Assembly (NCBI GenBank): GCA_050950285.1
Contig: JBMNHG010000002.1
Span: 1,010,654 to 1,074,653 of the forward strand
Source: Kiritimatiellia bacterium
Lineage (GTDB): Bacteria > Verrucomicrobiota > Kiritimatiellia > RFP12 > JBMNHG01
DNA length: 64,000 bases
Direction of reading: 5' to 3'
Shown here piece by piece: positions 33,924 through 43,029 of this stretch. The notes beneath the pieces are model-generated. The model ran no database searches. It had not been told where the DNA came from and worked only from the letters and a program-made list of their open reading frames with translations. Positions within the stretch are counted from its first letter, which is position 1. Every line of letters begins with the position of its first letter. Position numbers and translations under genes: made by a program.

Positions 33924-33947
33924 CTTTTCGCGGCATGCCGCGAAAAG
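33924..33947. repeat. Perfect 24-bp palindrome between convergent genes
   Basis: CTTTTCGCGGCATGCCGCGAAAAG equals its own reverse complement. Confidence 0.8.
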
Positions 33948-33955
33948 GTTTGGCC

Positions 33956-34438
33956 TTACTCTGCCAGCGTGGGATTCGCGGGGGTCACCCAGAAGATGCG
34001 GAGGGGTTCGCCGTGGCCGACATAGGTGAAGAGCCACCAGAGAACGAGGGCGAGAACCACCGCCGCCACCGCGAGCGAAGCCGCACGATGGTGCACGAAG
34101 AGGAAGTCGAGCACCGGATGGGAGAGCGTCCACAACACACGCTTCCAACGGCGAGGCGAAAGCTTCTCGGGCGCATCGGCGGCAGGATCGCGCTCCCCAA
34201 GCAGGTCCAGCGTGCGGCGATAGGCCAAGGCTTGCAGACGACAGGAAGGACAACGCCTCAGGTGCTCGCGCACGAGCAGCGACTGATCGGGTCCGAGTTC
34301 ACGCGCCATGTAGGCGAAAAGCACCTCGTCAATCTTCTCGCAAGGCACCTTGACGGCACCCGGCGGCAACGGGGTGGACTCCGGTGCGGCTTCGGGAACC
34401 GACTCGAAGGCGTCGGGACGGAGATCCAAGTCGTTCAT
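33956..34438 (-). CDS. Zinc-binding anti-sigma factor (zf-HC2) with TM helix
   Basis: C......AY...EL........EHLRRCPSC (HxxxCxxC) and a C-terminal TM segment. Overlaps the sigma factor stop. Confidence 0.85.
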   Translation of the reverse strand: MNDLDLRPDAFESVPEAAPESTPLPPGAVKVPCEKIDEVLFAYMARELGPDQSLLVREHLRRCPSCRLQALAYRRTLDLLGERDPAADAPEKLSPRRWKRVLWTLSHPVLDFLFVHHRAASLAVAAVVLALVLWWLFTYVGHGEPLRIFWVTPANPTLAE

Positions 34439-34977
34439 CGGGGTTTCTCCTCCCCGTCGGCCAGCATGGCGGCCAACTTGCGCATGGCGTGGTGAAGGAT
34501 GTAGCCGACATTCCCAACCGTGAGACCGGTGATTTCGGCGATCTCCTTGTAACTTCGGCCTTCGTAGACCTTGAGCGTGACCAGCTCGCGTTCGCGATCC
34601 GACAGGGAGCGCAAGGCTTCCGACACGACCTCCCCGTATCCGTCCCCAGCCCCTCCGGCGGGCTGCGCCACGCTGGGGGAAAGGGTCTCCTGCTCCTTTG
34701 CGTGACGCAGGTGGAGGGCGTTGCGGCGCGCCTCGCGACGGGCGTAGTCGACGGCCTCGTTGTGGGCCACCCGGTAAAGCCAGCCCTGCAGTTGCGGGGA
34801 GGGCTCCATGGGCTCGCGCCACCGGCGGGCCAGACGGACGAGCGTCTCCTGCACAATGTCCTCGGCAGCAGACGCGTTGCCGGTCAGACGGGCGACATAG
34901 CGAAGGAGGCGCGCCTCGTAGGCGGCGACTACGCGGGCGAATGAGCCCTGCCGGCTGGAATCGTCCGGACTGCCCAT
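34435..34977 (-). CDS. ECF-type RNA polymerase sigma-70 factor
   Basis: AEDIVQET, WLYRVAHN.A.DY.R, L..L..RERE...L....G.SYKEIAEITG...G.V...LH.A. Confidence 0.93.
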   Translation of the reverse strand: MGSPDDSSRQGSFARVVAAYEARLLRYVARLTGNASAAEDIVQETLVRLARRWREPMEPSPQLQGWLYRVAHNEAVDYARREARRNALHLRHAKEQETLSPSVAQPAGGAGDGYGEVVSEALRSLSDRERELVTLKVYEGRSYKEIAEITGLTVGNVGYILHHAMRKLAAMLADGEEKPR

Positions 34978-35011
34978 GCTGCGAGGAGCCTCTCAAGGCC
35001 CGATGGAAACG

Positions 35012-35398
35012 CTACTCGACGCGGAGCACGCTGTTCAACGTGCCCATGTTGTTCTTCACCCACTCTTTGCACTCGGGGTCGACAGTCCACGTGCCGTTGA
35101 TGACGAACTTGTATTCATACGTGCCGGGGGCGAGGAGCAGAATGGCCTTGTAGAGGCCGGTTCCGGCCTTGTCCGTCAGCGCCTTGGCGGTCGGATCCCA
35201 GCCATTGAAATCGCCGGCGACAAACACGGAACTGCCGGGTTCGGCACGGACGGCGAGGGTGACGCGACTGCGCGCAACCTTCGGGGCGGCGCACGTCGCG
35301 GCCTTCGGGGTGTCGCACGTCGCGGTCTTCGGAGCCTTGCATGCGCGTTTGCCGGTACTCTTCCCGGCAAGCTTCTTGGTTTCAGAAGCCTTCTTCAT
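35012..35398 (-). CDS. Glycogen-binding (CBM48/AMPK-beta-like early-set) domain protein with Lys/Ala/Cys-rich N-terminus
   Basis: V.VAGDFNGW, L.PG.YEYKFVING.W..DP, N..G..NSV. Confidence 0.88.
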   Translation of the reverse strand: MKKASETKKLAGKSTGKRACKAPKTATCDTPKAATCAAPKVARSRVTLAVRAEPGSSVFVAGDFNGWDPTAKALTDKAGTGLYKAILLLAPGTYEYKFVINGTWTVDPECKEWVKNNMGTLNSVLRVE

Positions 35399-35587
35399 GG
35401 TGTTTCTCTTTCCTTAGATGGTTGGTATTACGGTCGAAAGGAACAAGAAGTGTATCATGCTCAGCCCACGATGGAAAGAGGGAAATTGCGGGAACCGACC
35501 GCGCACGTTGCCTCACAATTCATGACGCCGAAATTCCAAGCGCCCATGCTTGGATTTCCCCTGCCAGCGTGGTATCCTTGGCCTGTC

Positions 35588-37309
35588 ATGAAAGCCATCC
35601 TGAATCCGGACTCGCTCGCACGCGCCATCGCACAGGGCCGGGGCGCCCAACCGGCGGACGTCGTCATCAAACACGTCGGCATCTTCCACCTCTCCACCGG
35701 CGAACTCTCCACCGGCGACATCGCCATCTGCGGCGACCGCATCGTGGGCGTCGGCGAGCCGTACGAGGGCGTCCTCGAAATCGACGGCGCCGGGCTCACC
35801 GCCGTGCCGGGCTTCATCGACGCGCACGTCCACGTCGAATCCTCCATGGTCACCCCCGCCGAGTTCGACCGCATGGTGCTCCCCCGCGGCACCACCACGG
35901 CCGTCTGCGACCCCCACGAGATGTCGAACGTCTGCGGCGCCGCCGCCCTCGACTACTTCCTCGAAGCCTCCCGCGCGCTGTGCATGGACCTCTTCGTCGA
36001 CATCAGTTCCTGCGTCCCGGCCTCCCCCTTCGAAACCTCCGGCGAAACGCTTTCCCCGGACACCATCCGCCGCTACGCCGACCACCCCCGCGTGCTCGGC
36101 CTCGCCGAACTCATGAACGTGCCCGGCGTGCTGGACGGCGACCCCGGCGTCCTGGCCAAGATCCTCGCCTTCGAAGGCCGCGTGGACGGCCACGCCCCAT
36201 CGCTCTCCGGCTACGCCCTCAACGGCTACCTCGCCGCCGGCGTCCGGAACTGCCACGAAAGCTCCACCGTCGCCGAAGCCGCCGAAAAACTCCGCAAGGG
36301 CATGCAGATCCTCCTCCGGGACGGATCCGTCGCCCACGATCTCGAGACCCTCCACCCCCTCCTCACCGTCGCCAACTCCCCCTTCCTCGGCTTCTGCACC
36401 GACGACCGCACCCCGCCGGACGTCGAACAGGACGGCCACATCGACGGCCGGATCGCCCGCGCCATCGCCGCCGGCGCCGATCCGCTCGCCGCCTATCGCG
36501 CCGCCGCCCTCTCTTCCGCCCGCCACTTCCGCCTCTTCGATCGCGGCCTCGTCGCCCCGGGCTTCCTGGCGGACATCGTCCTCGTCTCCGACCTGCGCAC
36601 GTGCGCCGTCCACACCGTATTGAAGGCCGGCCGTGTCGTGGGCGACGCCCTCTTCGCCGCCCGTCCCGCGCCCCCGGACCCCTCCTTCTGCCGCGGCACG
36701 CTGCGCCTGCGACCGGCCACCGCCGACACCTTCGCCATCCGATCGGACCGCCCCGACACCGCCGCCATCGGCCTTGTCCCCCGCCACGTGGCAACCCAAC
36801 GCCTCGACCTCCCCCTCCCGCCCGACGCGGACGGACTCAAGCACGCCGACCCCTCCCGCGACCTCGCGAAGGTCGCCGTGCTCGAACGCCACGGCCGCAA
36901 CGGCAACATCGGGCTCGGCTTCGTGCACGGATTCGGACTGGCCCGCGGCGCCATCGCCTCGAGCGTGGGCCACGACGCCCACAACGTGTGCGTCGTGGGC
37001 GTGGACGACGCCAGCATGGCCGCCGCCGTGAACGCGCTCGTCGAGGCGGACGGCGGATTCGCCGTGGCGGCCGACGGCCGGGTCTCCGGCCTGCTCCCCC
37101 TCCCCCTCGCCGGCCTCTTCTCGGACCGCCCCCACGAGGAGGTCTCCGCCGCGCTCCGCAGCATCCACGCCGCCGCGCGCGACCTCGGCACACCCCTCGA
37201 AGCCCCCTTCCACCAACTCGCCTTCCTCCCCCTCTCCGTGATTCCCGCCATGCGCATCACGGACAAAGGACTCTTCGACGCCGAAAAACTCGCGTTCGTC
37301 GCCCCCTAG
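35588..37309 (+). CDS. ade: Adenine deaminase
   Basis: PGFIDAHVHVESS, GTTT.V.DPHE..NV.G, GLAELMN, DGHAP, CHE, CTDD, VLERHG, ASSVGHDAHN, LPL.GL.S, L.VIP..RITD.GL.D. Confidence 0.95.
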   Translation: MKAILNPDSLARAIAQGRGAQPADVVIKHVGIFHLSTGELSTGDIAICGDRIVGVGEPYEGVLEIDGAGLTAVPGFIDAHVHVESSMVTPAEFDRMVLPRGTTTAVCDPHEMSNVCGAAALDYFLEASRALCMDLFVDISSCVPASPFETSGETLSPDTIRRYADHPRVLGLAELMNVPGVLDGDPGVLAKILAFEGRVDGHAPSLSGYALNGYLAAGVRNCHESSTVAEAAEKLRKGMQILLRDGSVAHDLETLHPLLTVANSPFLGFCTDDRTPPDVEQDGHIDGRIARAIAAGADPLAAYRAAALSSARHFRLFDRGLVAPGFLADIVLVSDLRTCAVHTVLKAGRVVGDALFAARPAPPDPSFCRGTLRLRPATADTFAIRSDRPDTAAIGLVPRHVATQRLDLPLPPDADGLKHADPSRDLAKVAVLERHGRNGNIGLGFVHGFGLARGAIASSVGHDAHNVCVVGVDDASMAAAVNALVEADGGFAVAADGRVSGLLPLPLAGLFSDRPHEEVSAALRSIHAAARDLGTPLEAPFHQLAFLPLSVIPAMRITDKGLFDAEKLAFVAP

Positions 37310-37383
37310 CCTAGCTTCTGGCCCAGCTTCGCCGGAACGGGACAAACGCGCGCCGGATGCTTTGCCGGGGCGGTGGCCCCCGA

Positions 37384-38895
37384 TCACGTGACCGGGTGGA
37401 AAAGGTTGAAGAAGTTTTCGGCCAGTTGGCGGCGCATGGGACGGCGGCACCATTCGGAGTACGTCACTTCGTTCGACTGCGCCAGGTCTTGTAACATGGT
37501 GGCCTTGAGAGTGGCCGCGAAGTCCGTGTCGAAGACCACCAGGTTGGTCTCGTAATTCAGGAACAGGCTGCGGGGGTCCATGTTCGCGCTGCCGATGATC
37601 GCCGTGTTGTCGTCGATGACCATCGCCTTGGCGTGGATGAACGGCGGATGTCTTTCGAAGATGCGGATGCCCGATTTCAGCTGGGTCTCGTAAAGGGCCT
37701 GCGAGGCGAGTTTGACCATCGGGTTGTTGTTGGTCGAAGGCACCAGCACCTTCACCTCCACGCCGCGGTAGGCGGCCTGGCGGAAGGCGAGGATCAGCGG
37801 CTCCGGCGGCACGAAATACGGTGTGACGATCAGAATCTGGCGGCGCGCCTGGTTGAACGCCGCTATGCAGGTGTCGAGCCCCGTCTCGCTCTCGTCGCGG
37901 GTGGGGCCGCTGTTTTGCAGCCGCACGGCGGTCTCGCCTGCCTTTTCCGGCGCAGGGAAGAGGTCGTGGGAAAGCAGTTCGTCGAAGGGATCGTCGGTCA
38001 TGTAGTACCAATCGCGCAGGAAGGTGTATTGCAGCTCCAGCACGATCGGGCCGCGCACGCGGAAGTGGTAGTCGATGGTGGCCTCTTCGTTGCGACGCTT
38101 CAAATAGATGTCATAAAAATTGATGCCGCCGGTGAAGGCTTCCTTCCCGTCGATAACCAGAATCTTGCGGTGGTTGCGAGGGTTGATCTGGAACTTGCGT
38201 TTCAAGATGTTGGCCTGCGAGTAGCCCACCGCGCGGAAGTTGGGCACGTTGCGGCGACGCCAGAAGAACAGCCGAAGACTGGGTCCAGCCGAGCCGAAAG
38301 CATCGTACAGCAACCGCACTTTGACACCGGCGCGGGCACGTTCTTCCAGCAGGCCCATGAGCCGCTTCCCGACACAGTCGTCGCCGAAGATATACGTCGA
38401 AAGGCTGATGCTATGGCGCGCTTCGCGGATGGCTTGGAACATGGTTTCCAAGGCGGCTTCGGCCGGCTCCAGCAGGGTGATGGCATTGCCCCCAAGCAAG
38501 GGGTGGTTGCGCGCGATTTGATCCATGATACGGTTGAGCTGGACGTTCTCGGGAGCTGGCGGCTGTGTGCGGAACGACTTCTGCCGCGTGCGCATCGTGG
38601 TAAGCGGGTGGGTCGCATGGCTGCTTTGCCGATTTTGGAAGGCGCTGTCGGAGAGTTGCTTCTCCCAGCCTTTCTCCGGAATGGTGTTGATGCCGAAAAG
38701 CACATAGGCCAAAACGCCGAAGAAGGGAAGCGAGGTCGTGATGAAGATCCAGAGCAGCGAGGTGCGCGCGTCATTCGGCTTGCGCAGGATGTGCAGGATG
38801 GCCACCACGCACAGTAAAAAATGGATGATGCTGCCGTACCCGATGGATTCGGGCAGGCTCGGCATGGCCATGGCGATGATCGTTACCACCTTCAT
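37384..38895 (-). CDS. cls: Cardiolipin synthase
   Basis: N-terminal TM/PLDc_N region and two HKD motifs (NHRKILVIDG and HAKAMVIDD...GSANMD.RS). Confidence 0.92.
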   Translation of the reverse strand: MKVVTIIAMAMPSLPESIGYGSIIHFLLCVVAILHILRKPNDARTSLLWIFITTSLPFFGVLAYVLFGINTIPEKGWEKQLSDSAFQNRQSSHATHPLTTMRTRQKSFRTQPPAPENVQLNRIMDQIARNHPLLGGNAITLLEPAEAALETMFQAIREARHSISLSTYIFGDDCVGKRLMGLLEERARAGVKVRLLYDAFGSAGPSLRLFFWRRRNVPNFRAVGYSQANILKRKFQINPRNHRKILVIDGKEAFTGGINFYDIYLKRRNEEATIDYHFRVRGPIVLELQYTFLRDWYYMTDDPFDELLSHDLFPAPEKAGETAVRLQNSGPTRDESETGLDTCIAAFNQARRQILIVTPYFVPPEPLILAFRQAAYRGVEVKVLVPSTNNNPMVKLASQALYETQLKSGIRIFERHPPFIHAKAMVIDDNTAIIGSANMDPRSLFLNYETNLVVFDTDFAATLKATMLQDLAQSNEVTYSEWCRRPMRRQLAENFFNLFHPVT

Positions 38896-39012
38896 TTCTC
38901 CTGCATTCGACCGGACAACCGCGGATTCGCACTGATGAACACGGATGTTTCAGGGCGCAACGCTTGACATTCTCCCGATCCTACAAAAACACCCTTCGCA
39001 CAACGCTGCGTT

Positions 39013-39411
39013 CTACATGTCCGAAAGCGAGAGGTCGCCGGTGATTTTCCAGACCGTACCGTCGCGCCTGACCTCGAGGCCGCGACCGGGCAAAACCTCT
39101 TCCAGCCCTTCGTTGACCATACGGACCGCTTCCCTTTCAATGGTCTTGACCTTGTCCGCTGGCACGGTCTCCAGCGTCATCATGTCGATCTGCAGGACAT
39201 ACCCCCTGCCGAGCTGCGATCCGAAGCCCGGGGTGAAGGCGGCGGTAACGCGGAAGAGGCCGTCATGCTGCGGGTTGTCGGCGCTGCCGTGCGCGGCGCG
39301 CGCCGGATGCAAATCGTACTTCTTGCCGAAACGCTCCTCCAAGGCGCGATCCACCCTCCGCAACAGGCCGTCGAGTTTGCCTTCCCATTGTTCCAGCTTG
39401 GTTCTTTGCAT
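39013..39411 (-). CDS. Conserved hypothetical protein (132 aa)
   Basis: MQRTKLEQWE...YDLHPAR..HG...NPQHDGLF...F.PGFGS..GRGY. Coding-like codon use and an extended -10 box just upstream. Confidence 0.7.
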   Translation of the reverse strand: MQRTKLEQWEGKLDGLLRRVDRALEERFGKKYDLHPARAAHGSADNPQHDGLFRVTAAFTPGFGSQLGRGYVLQIDMMTLETVPADKVKTIEREAVRMVNEGLEEVLPGRGLEVRRDGTVWKITGDLSLSDM

Positions 39412-39537
39412 GGGCGAAAGTATACCATACGGGGCGTTGAAGAAAAAGACACCGCGGCAAAGGGCTCCCGGACTCAGGAAGCAAGACGCGAGACGCTTGC
39501 GGTTAAGAGAGGGTTTAGAGAGGGTGCTTCGCACTTG

Positions 39538-39590
39538 CACTTTGTCTCCGCACTTTGTCGGATACACTTCGTCCCTACACTTTGTCCCTA
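39538..39590. repeat. Four CACTTYGTC units at 13-14-nt spacing
   Basis: Units start at 39538, 39551, 39565 and 39578. Confidence 0.75.
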
Positions 39591-39644
39591 CGCTATGTAG
39601 AAAGCGAAAGATGGGCGGTCGAGGTGGTATCTCAGGCCCGTTTT

Positions 39645-39692
39645 CTGTCTGACGAGTCCGACGAGTCCGACAGGTCTGACAGTTCCGGACAT
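39645..39692. repeat. 9-nt periodic GTCYGAC repeat tract
   Basis: GTCTGACGA GTCCGACGA GTCCGACAG GTCTGACAG TTCCGGACA. Confidence 0.8.
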
Positions 39693-39755
39693 CAGCGCGT
39701 GGCACCGCCGCCTGCTCCGCACCCGCTCTCCATGCGCCCACCGCACCCATCCCCC

Positions 39756-41051
39756 CTACCCCCGCAGGCTGTGCAGTGCCGCCGCGAAGCCGGGGTAGGA
39801 GGTGGCGACGCACCCGGTACCGCGTACCGTGACCGGGCTTGTGGCACGCAGGGCAAGCATGGCCCCCGCCATCGCGATGCGGTGGTCGCCGGCCGACTCA
39901 ATCACGCCGCCGCCACGGATCGTCGCCCCGCCCTGGATTGCCATGCCGTCTGGAAAGGTCTCGACCTCCACGCCGGCGGCCCGCAGCATCCGCGCCACGG
40001 TTTCGATGCGATCCGACTCCTTGACGCGCAACTCCGCCGCGTCGCGGATATGGGTCACACCCTCGGCCGCCGCCGCCGCCACCGCCAGAATGGGCAGCTC
40101 GTCGATCAGGTTGGCAATGCGTGCCCCGCCGATCTCCACCCCGCGCAGTTTCGATCCGTGTACCGTGACATCGCCCTGCGGCTCCCACTCCGCCTCGCGG
40201 AGCGATGAGACCGTGATTGCGGCCCCCATCTCGCGCAGCACATCAAGATAGGCCGTGCGTGTCGGATTGAGTCCGACATTCCGTACCGTGAGTTCCGCGC
40301 CCGGCATGGCCGCCGCTGCAACCACCCAGAAGGCGGCCGAGGAGGGGTCGCCCGGAATATGCCACTCGCGGGCGGGCAGTTCAGGTGCCAGCCCGCCGCT
40401 GCCCTGCAGCGTGGTCTGCAACCCCTCGCGGACCACCGGTAGACCGAGCGTGTGGAACAGCCGTTCGGTATGGTCGCGCGAGGGGGCCGGCTCGCGGATG
40501 CGCGTTGTGCCGCGGGCACGCAGGCCGGCCAGCAGCAGCGCCGACTTGACCTGCGCCGAGGCCACCGGCGAATCGTAGGCGATGCCGTCGAGAGTGCCGC
40601 CGCGGATGCGCAGCGGCGCGCGCTCTCCCCCACCCTCGGCGACGATATCAGCCCCCATCCGTCGCAGCGGATCGAGAATGCGCCGCATGGGGCGCGACTG
40701 CAACGAGGCGTCGCCGAAAAGCCGTACCGTGACGGGGAATCCCGCCACCAGCCCCGCCAGCAGGCGCGTCAGAGTGCCCGAATTGCCCATGTCGAGATCG
40801 CCGGCCGGACTCCGCAGCGCGCCTGCCGTGCCCTCGATCTCTACCGTTGTGCCGTGACGGCGCACGCCCGCCCCCAGTGCCGCCACCGCATCGAGCGCAT
40901 GCAGGCAGTCCTCGCTGTCGAGAAATCCGTGCAGCAGCGAGCGTCCGCGCGCGAGCGCGCTGATCAGCGCCAGGCGGTGCGAGATGCTCTTGTCGCCCGG
41001 CACGCCCAGCGTGCCGCGCAGGGCGGGCAACGGGTGGATGATCCAGTCCAT
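39756..41051 (-). CDS. aroA: 3-phosphoshikimate 1-carboxyvinyltransferase (EPSP synthase)
   Basis: PGDKSISHR, DMGNSGT..RL, GDASL.SRPM, ASAQVKSA, SRDHTER, IPGDPSSAAF, IDELP, ELRVKESDRI, DHRIAM. Confidence 0.97.
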   Translation of the reverse strand: MDWIIHPLPALRGTLGVPGDKSISHRLALISALARGRSLLHGFLDSEDCLHALDAVAALGAGVRRHGTTVEIEGTAGALRSPAGDLDMGNSGTLTRLLAGLVAGFPVTVRLFGDASLQSRPMRRILDPLRRMGADIVAEGGGERAPLRIRGGTLDGIAYDSPVASAQVKSALLLAGLRARGTTRIREPAPSRDHTERLFHTLGLPVVREGLQTTLQGSGGLAPELPAREWHIPGDPSSAAFWVVAAAAMPGAELTVRNVGLNPTRTAYLDVLREMGAAITVSSLREAEWEPQGDVTVHGSKLRGVEIGGARIANLIDELPILAVAAAAAEGVTHIRDAAELRVKESDRIETVARMLRAAGVEVETFPDGMAIQGGATIRGGGVIESAGDHRIAMAGAMLALRATSPVTVRGTGCVATSYPGFAAALHSLRG

Positions 41052-41056
41052 GACGC

Positions 41057-42205
41057 CTAGACTCCCTCGATATAGCTGCCGAGGTAGCGGAAGCGTGGCA
41101 GTTCGGTATCCAGCTCGGCCATGAGCTGCATGAAGGCCGGCGCATAGACCGGCGCATCAACCTCGATGTAGAACATGAAGTCGAACGCCGAGCTGGGAAT
41201 GGGACGGCTCTCGAGCTTGACCATGTTGATGCCCAGCGCGTAGAAGCGCACCAGCACGCGGTAGAGCGATCCCGGCTTGTTGGGCAGTTCCATCAGCATA
41301 CTGGTGCGGTTGGCACCCGGATAGATCTCCAGTTGCCGCGCGATGCAGACAAAGCGCGTGTAGTTGCCCTCGCTGCCCTGTATGCCTTCGGCCAGAACCT
41401 CGAGACCGTAGTGCTCGGCACACGCCTTCGAGGCAATCACCGCGAGGTCGGCACGATCCGACTCGGCCACACGCTGCGCCGCCGTGGCGGTATTGTCGTA
41501 GGCCGTGGTCTTGACGCCCTTGAGCGTGTCGAGATAGGGCGCGCACTGGTGCAGCGCCTGCTCGTGCGAGATGATCTCACGCACCTGCGACAGCCTTGTG
41601 CCGGGGCGCGCCAGCAGGGCATGGGCCACCTGCACACGGACGGAACGCACAATCTTGACGTCGTAGCGCCGCAGCAGATCGTAGTTCTGCGTCACGGAGC
41701 CGGTCAGGCTGTTCTCGATCGGCACCACGCCGTACTCGCAGAGACCGCTCGTGACGGCCTTGAAGACGCCCTCGAAGCTGCTGCTGTACATGATGTCGGG
41801 CGAGGCGAAGAGCTTGTCGCACGCCATCTGCGAGAAGGCACCCTCGGTACCCTGGCAGGCGACGACGGCCCGCGGCGGGAAGAGCTGTGGCGTGGCGGCC
41901 AGCGCTTCCTTGATCTCCGTGGTCAGCGTGGTGGAGAGGCCGTTCAGGCGGTGCTGGTAGCTGCGGCTCACATCCATCAGCATCGAGAAGACGCTTCGCA
42001 TCATGGTCTCGAACTCCTCGCCCGCTAACCCCGCGACCTTGGCCAGCAACTGCCGCTCGCGCGCGGCATCGAGCACGGGTGCGCCGGCGGCCTTCTTGAC
42101 GGCGGCGATCTCCGCCACCACACGCAGACGGCGCTTGATCAGCTCGACCAGCTCCGTATCAATCGCGTCGATATCCTTGCGGTATGCTTCCAGATCAGCC
42201 TTCAT
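41057..42205 (-). CDS. pheA: Bifunctional chorismate mutase / prephenate dehydratase
   Basis: AroQ domain R..ID.ID..L..L...R, then CQG.EGAFS, VPIENS..G, SH.QAL.QC, N.TRF, and ACT motif KLESRP. Confidence 0.93.
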   Translation of the reverse strand: MKADLEAYRKDIDAIDTELVELIKRRLRVVAEIAAVKKAAGAPVLDAARERQLLAKVAGLAGEEFETMMRSVFSMLMDVSRSYQHRLNGLSTTLTTEIKEALAATPQLFPPRAVVACQGTEGAFSQMACDKLFASPDIMYSSSFEGVFKAVTSGLCEYGVVPIENSLTGSVTQNYDLLRRYDVKIVRSVRVQVAHALLARPGTRLSQVREIISHEQALHQCAPYLDTLKGVKTTAYDNTATAAQRVAESDRADLAVIASKACAEHYGLEVLAEGIQGSEGNYTRFVCIARQLEIYPGANRTSMLMELPNKPGSLYRVLVRFYALGINMVKLESRPIPSSAFDFMFYIEVDAPVYAPAFMQLMAELDTELPRFRYLGSYIEGV

Positions 42206-43029
42206 AGTCTCTCCTTCAGTTCCCTACCCTCTCTCAGCAGTTCCGTCAGTCGGGCGGCATCCGCCGCCGCCAACGCCTCGCGGTACAGACGTATCGCGTC
42301 CAGCAGCGTGTCGATCTCGATGATCAGGTTGTCGCGGTTCTCGAGGAAAAGCTCGCACCACAGATGCTCGTCCAGGCGCGCCACGCGCGTGAGATCCGCG
42401 AAACTCCCCGCCGAGTATCCATAATGCTCGCCTGCGCGCGGACTCTTGACGTAGGCGTTGGAGACCACATGCGCAAGCTGCGAGGTCAGCGCGATGATGC
42501 GGTCGTGACGCTCGGCGGTGGTGAAGACGACCCGCGCGAAGCCGATCGCAAGGAAGAGGGCTTCGGTACGCGCGCGCAGCTCCCCGGAGGCATGCGCATC
42601 GGGCACCAGCAGCATGCTGGCATTGCGGAACAGGTGCGGCAGGGCGTAGGCAAAGCCCGAGCATTCGCGTCCGGCCATCGGGTGGCCCCCCATGAAGGTG
42701 AAGCCGTGGCGCTCCGCCAGCGCAAAGCCGCGCGTGCAGATGGTGCGCTTGACTCCGCAGCAGTCAATCACCAGCGTATGCGGCGCGACGCGAGGGGCCA
42801 CCTCGTCCAGCACTTCAAGCGTCGCGCGCGGCGGTACCGCGATGATGAGCACGTCGCAATCGAGAGGGCCTTCCAGCGACAGCAGCCCCTGCAGCGCCCC
42901 GCTGCCGAGCGCCGCCTCGCGCGTGGCCGGGTCGCGATCCCACCCCAGCACCCGGTGCGGCGTGTGCGCGGCCAGTGCCTGCGCCAGCGAGCCGCCGATC
43001 AGTCCCAGACCGATGATCCCGATGGTCAT
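42202..43029 (-). CDS. tyrA: Prephenate/arogenate dehydrogenase
   Basis: IGLGLIGGSLA, D.CGVK, GGHPMAG.E.SG, HD.IIA.TSQL.H, GSF.D.TRVA. Confidence 0.92.
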   Translation of the reverse strand: MTIGIIGLGLIGGSLAQALAAHTPHRVLGWDRDPATREAALGSGALQGLLSLEGPLDCDVLIIAVPPRATLEVLDEVAPRVAPHTLVIDCCGVKRTICTRGFALAERHGFTFMGGHPMAGRECSGFAYALPHLFRNASMLLVPDAHASGELRARTEALFLAIGFARVVFTTAERHDRIIALTSQLAHVVSNAYVKSPRAGEHYGYSAGSFADLTRVARLDEHLWCELFLENRDNLIIEIDTLLDAIRLYREALAAADAARLTELLREGRELKERL

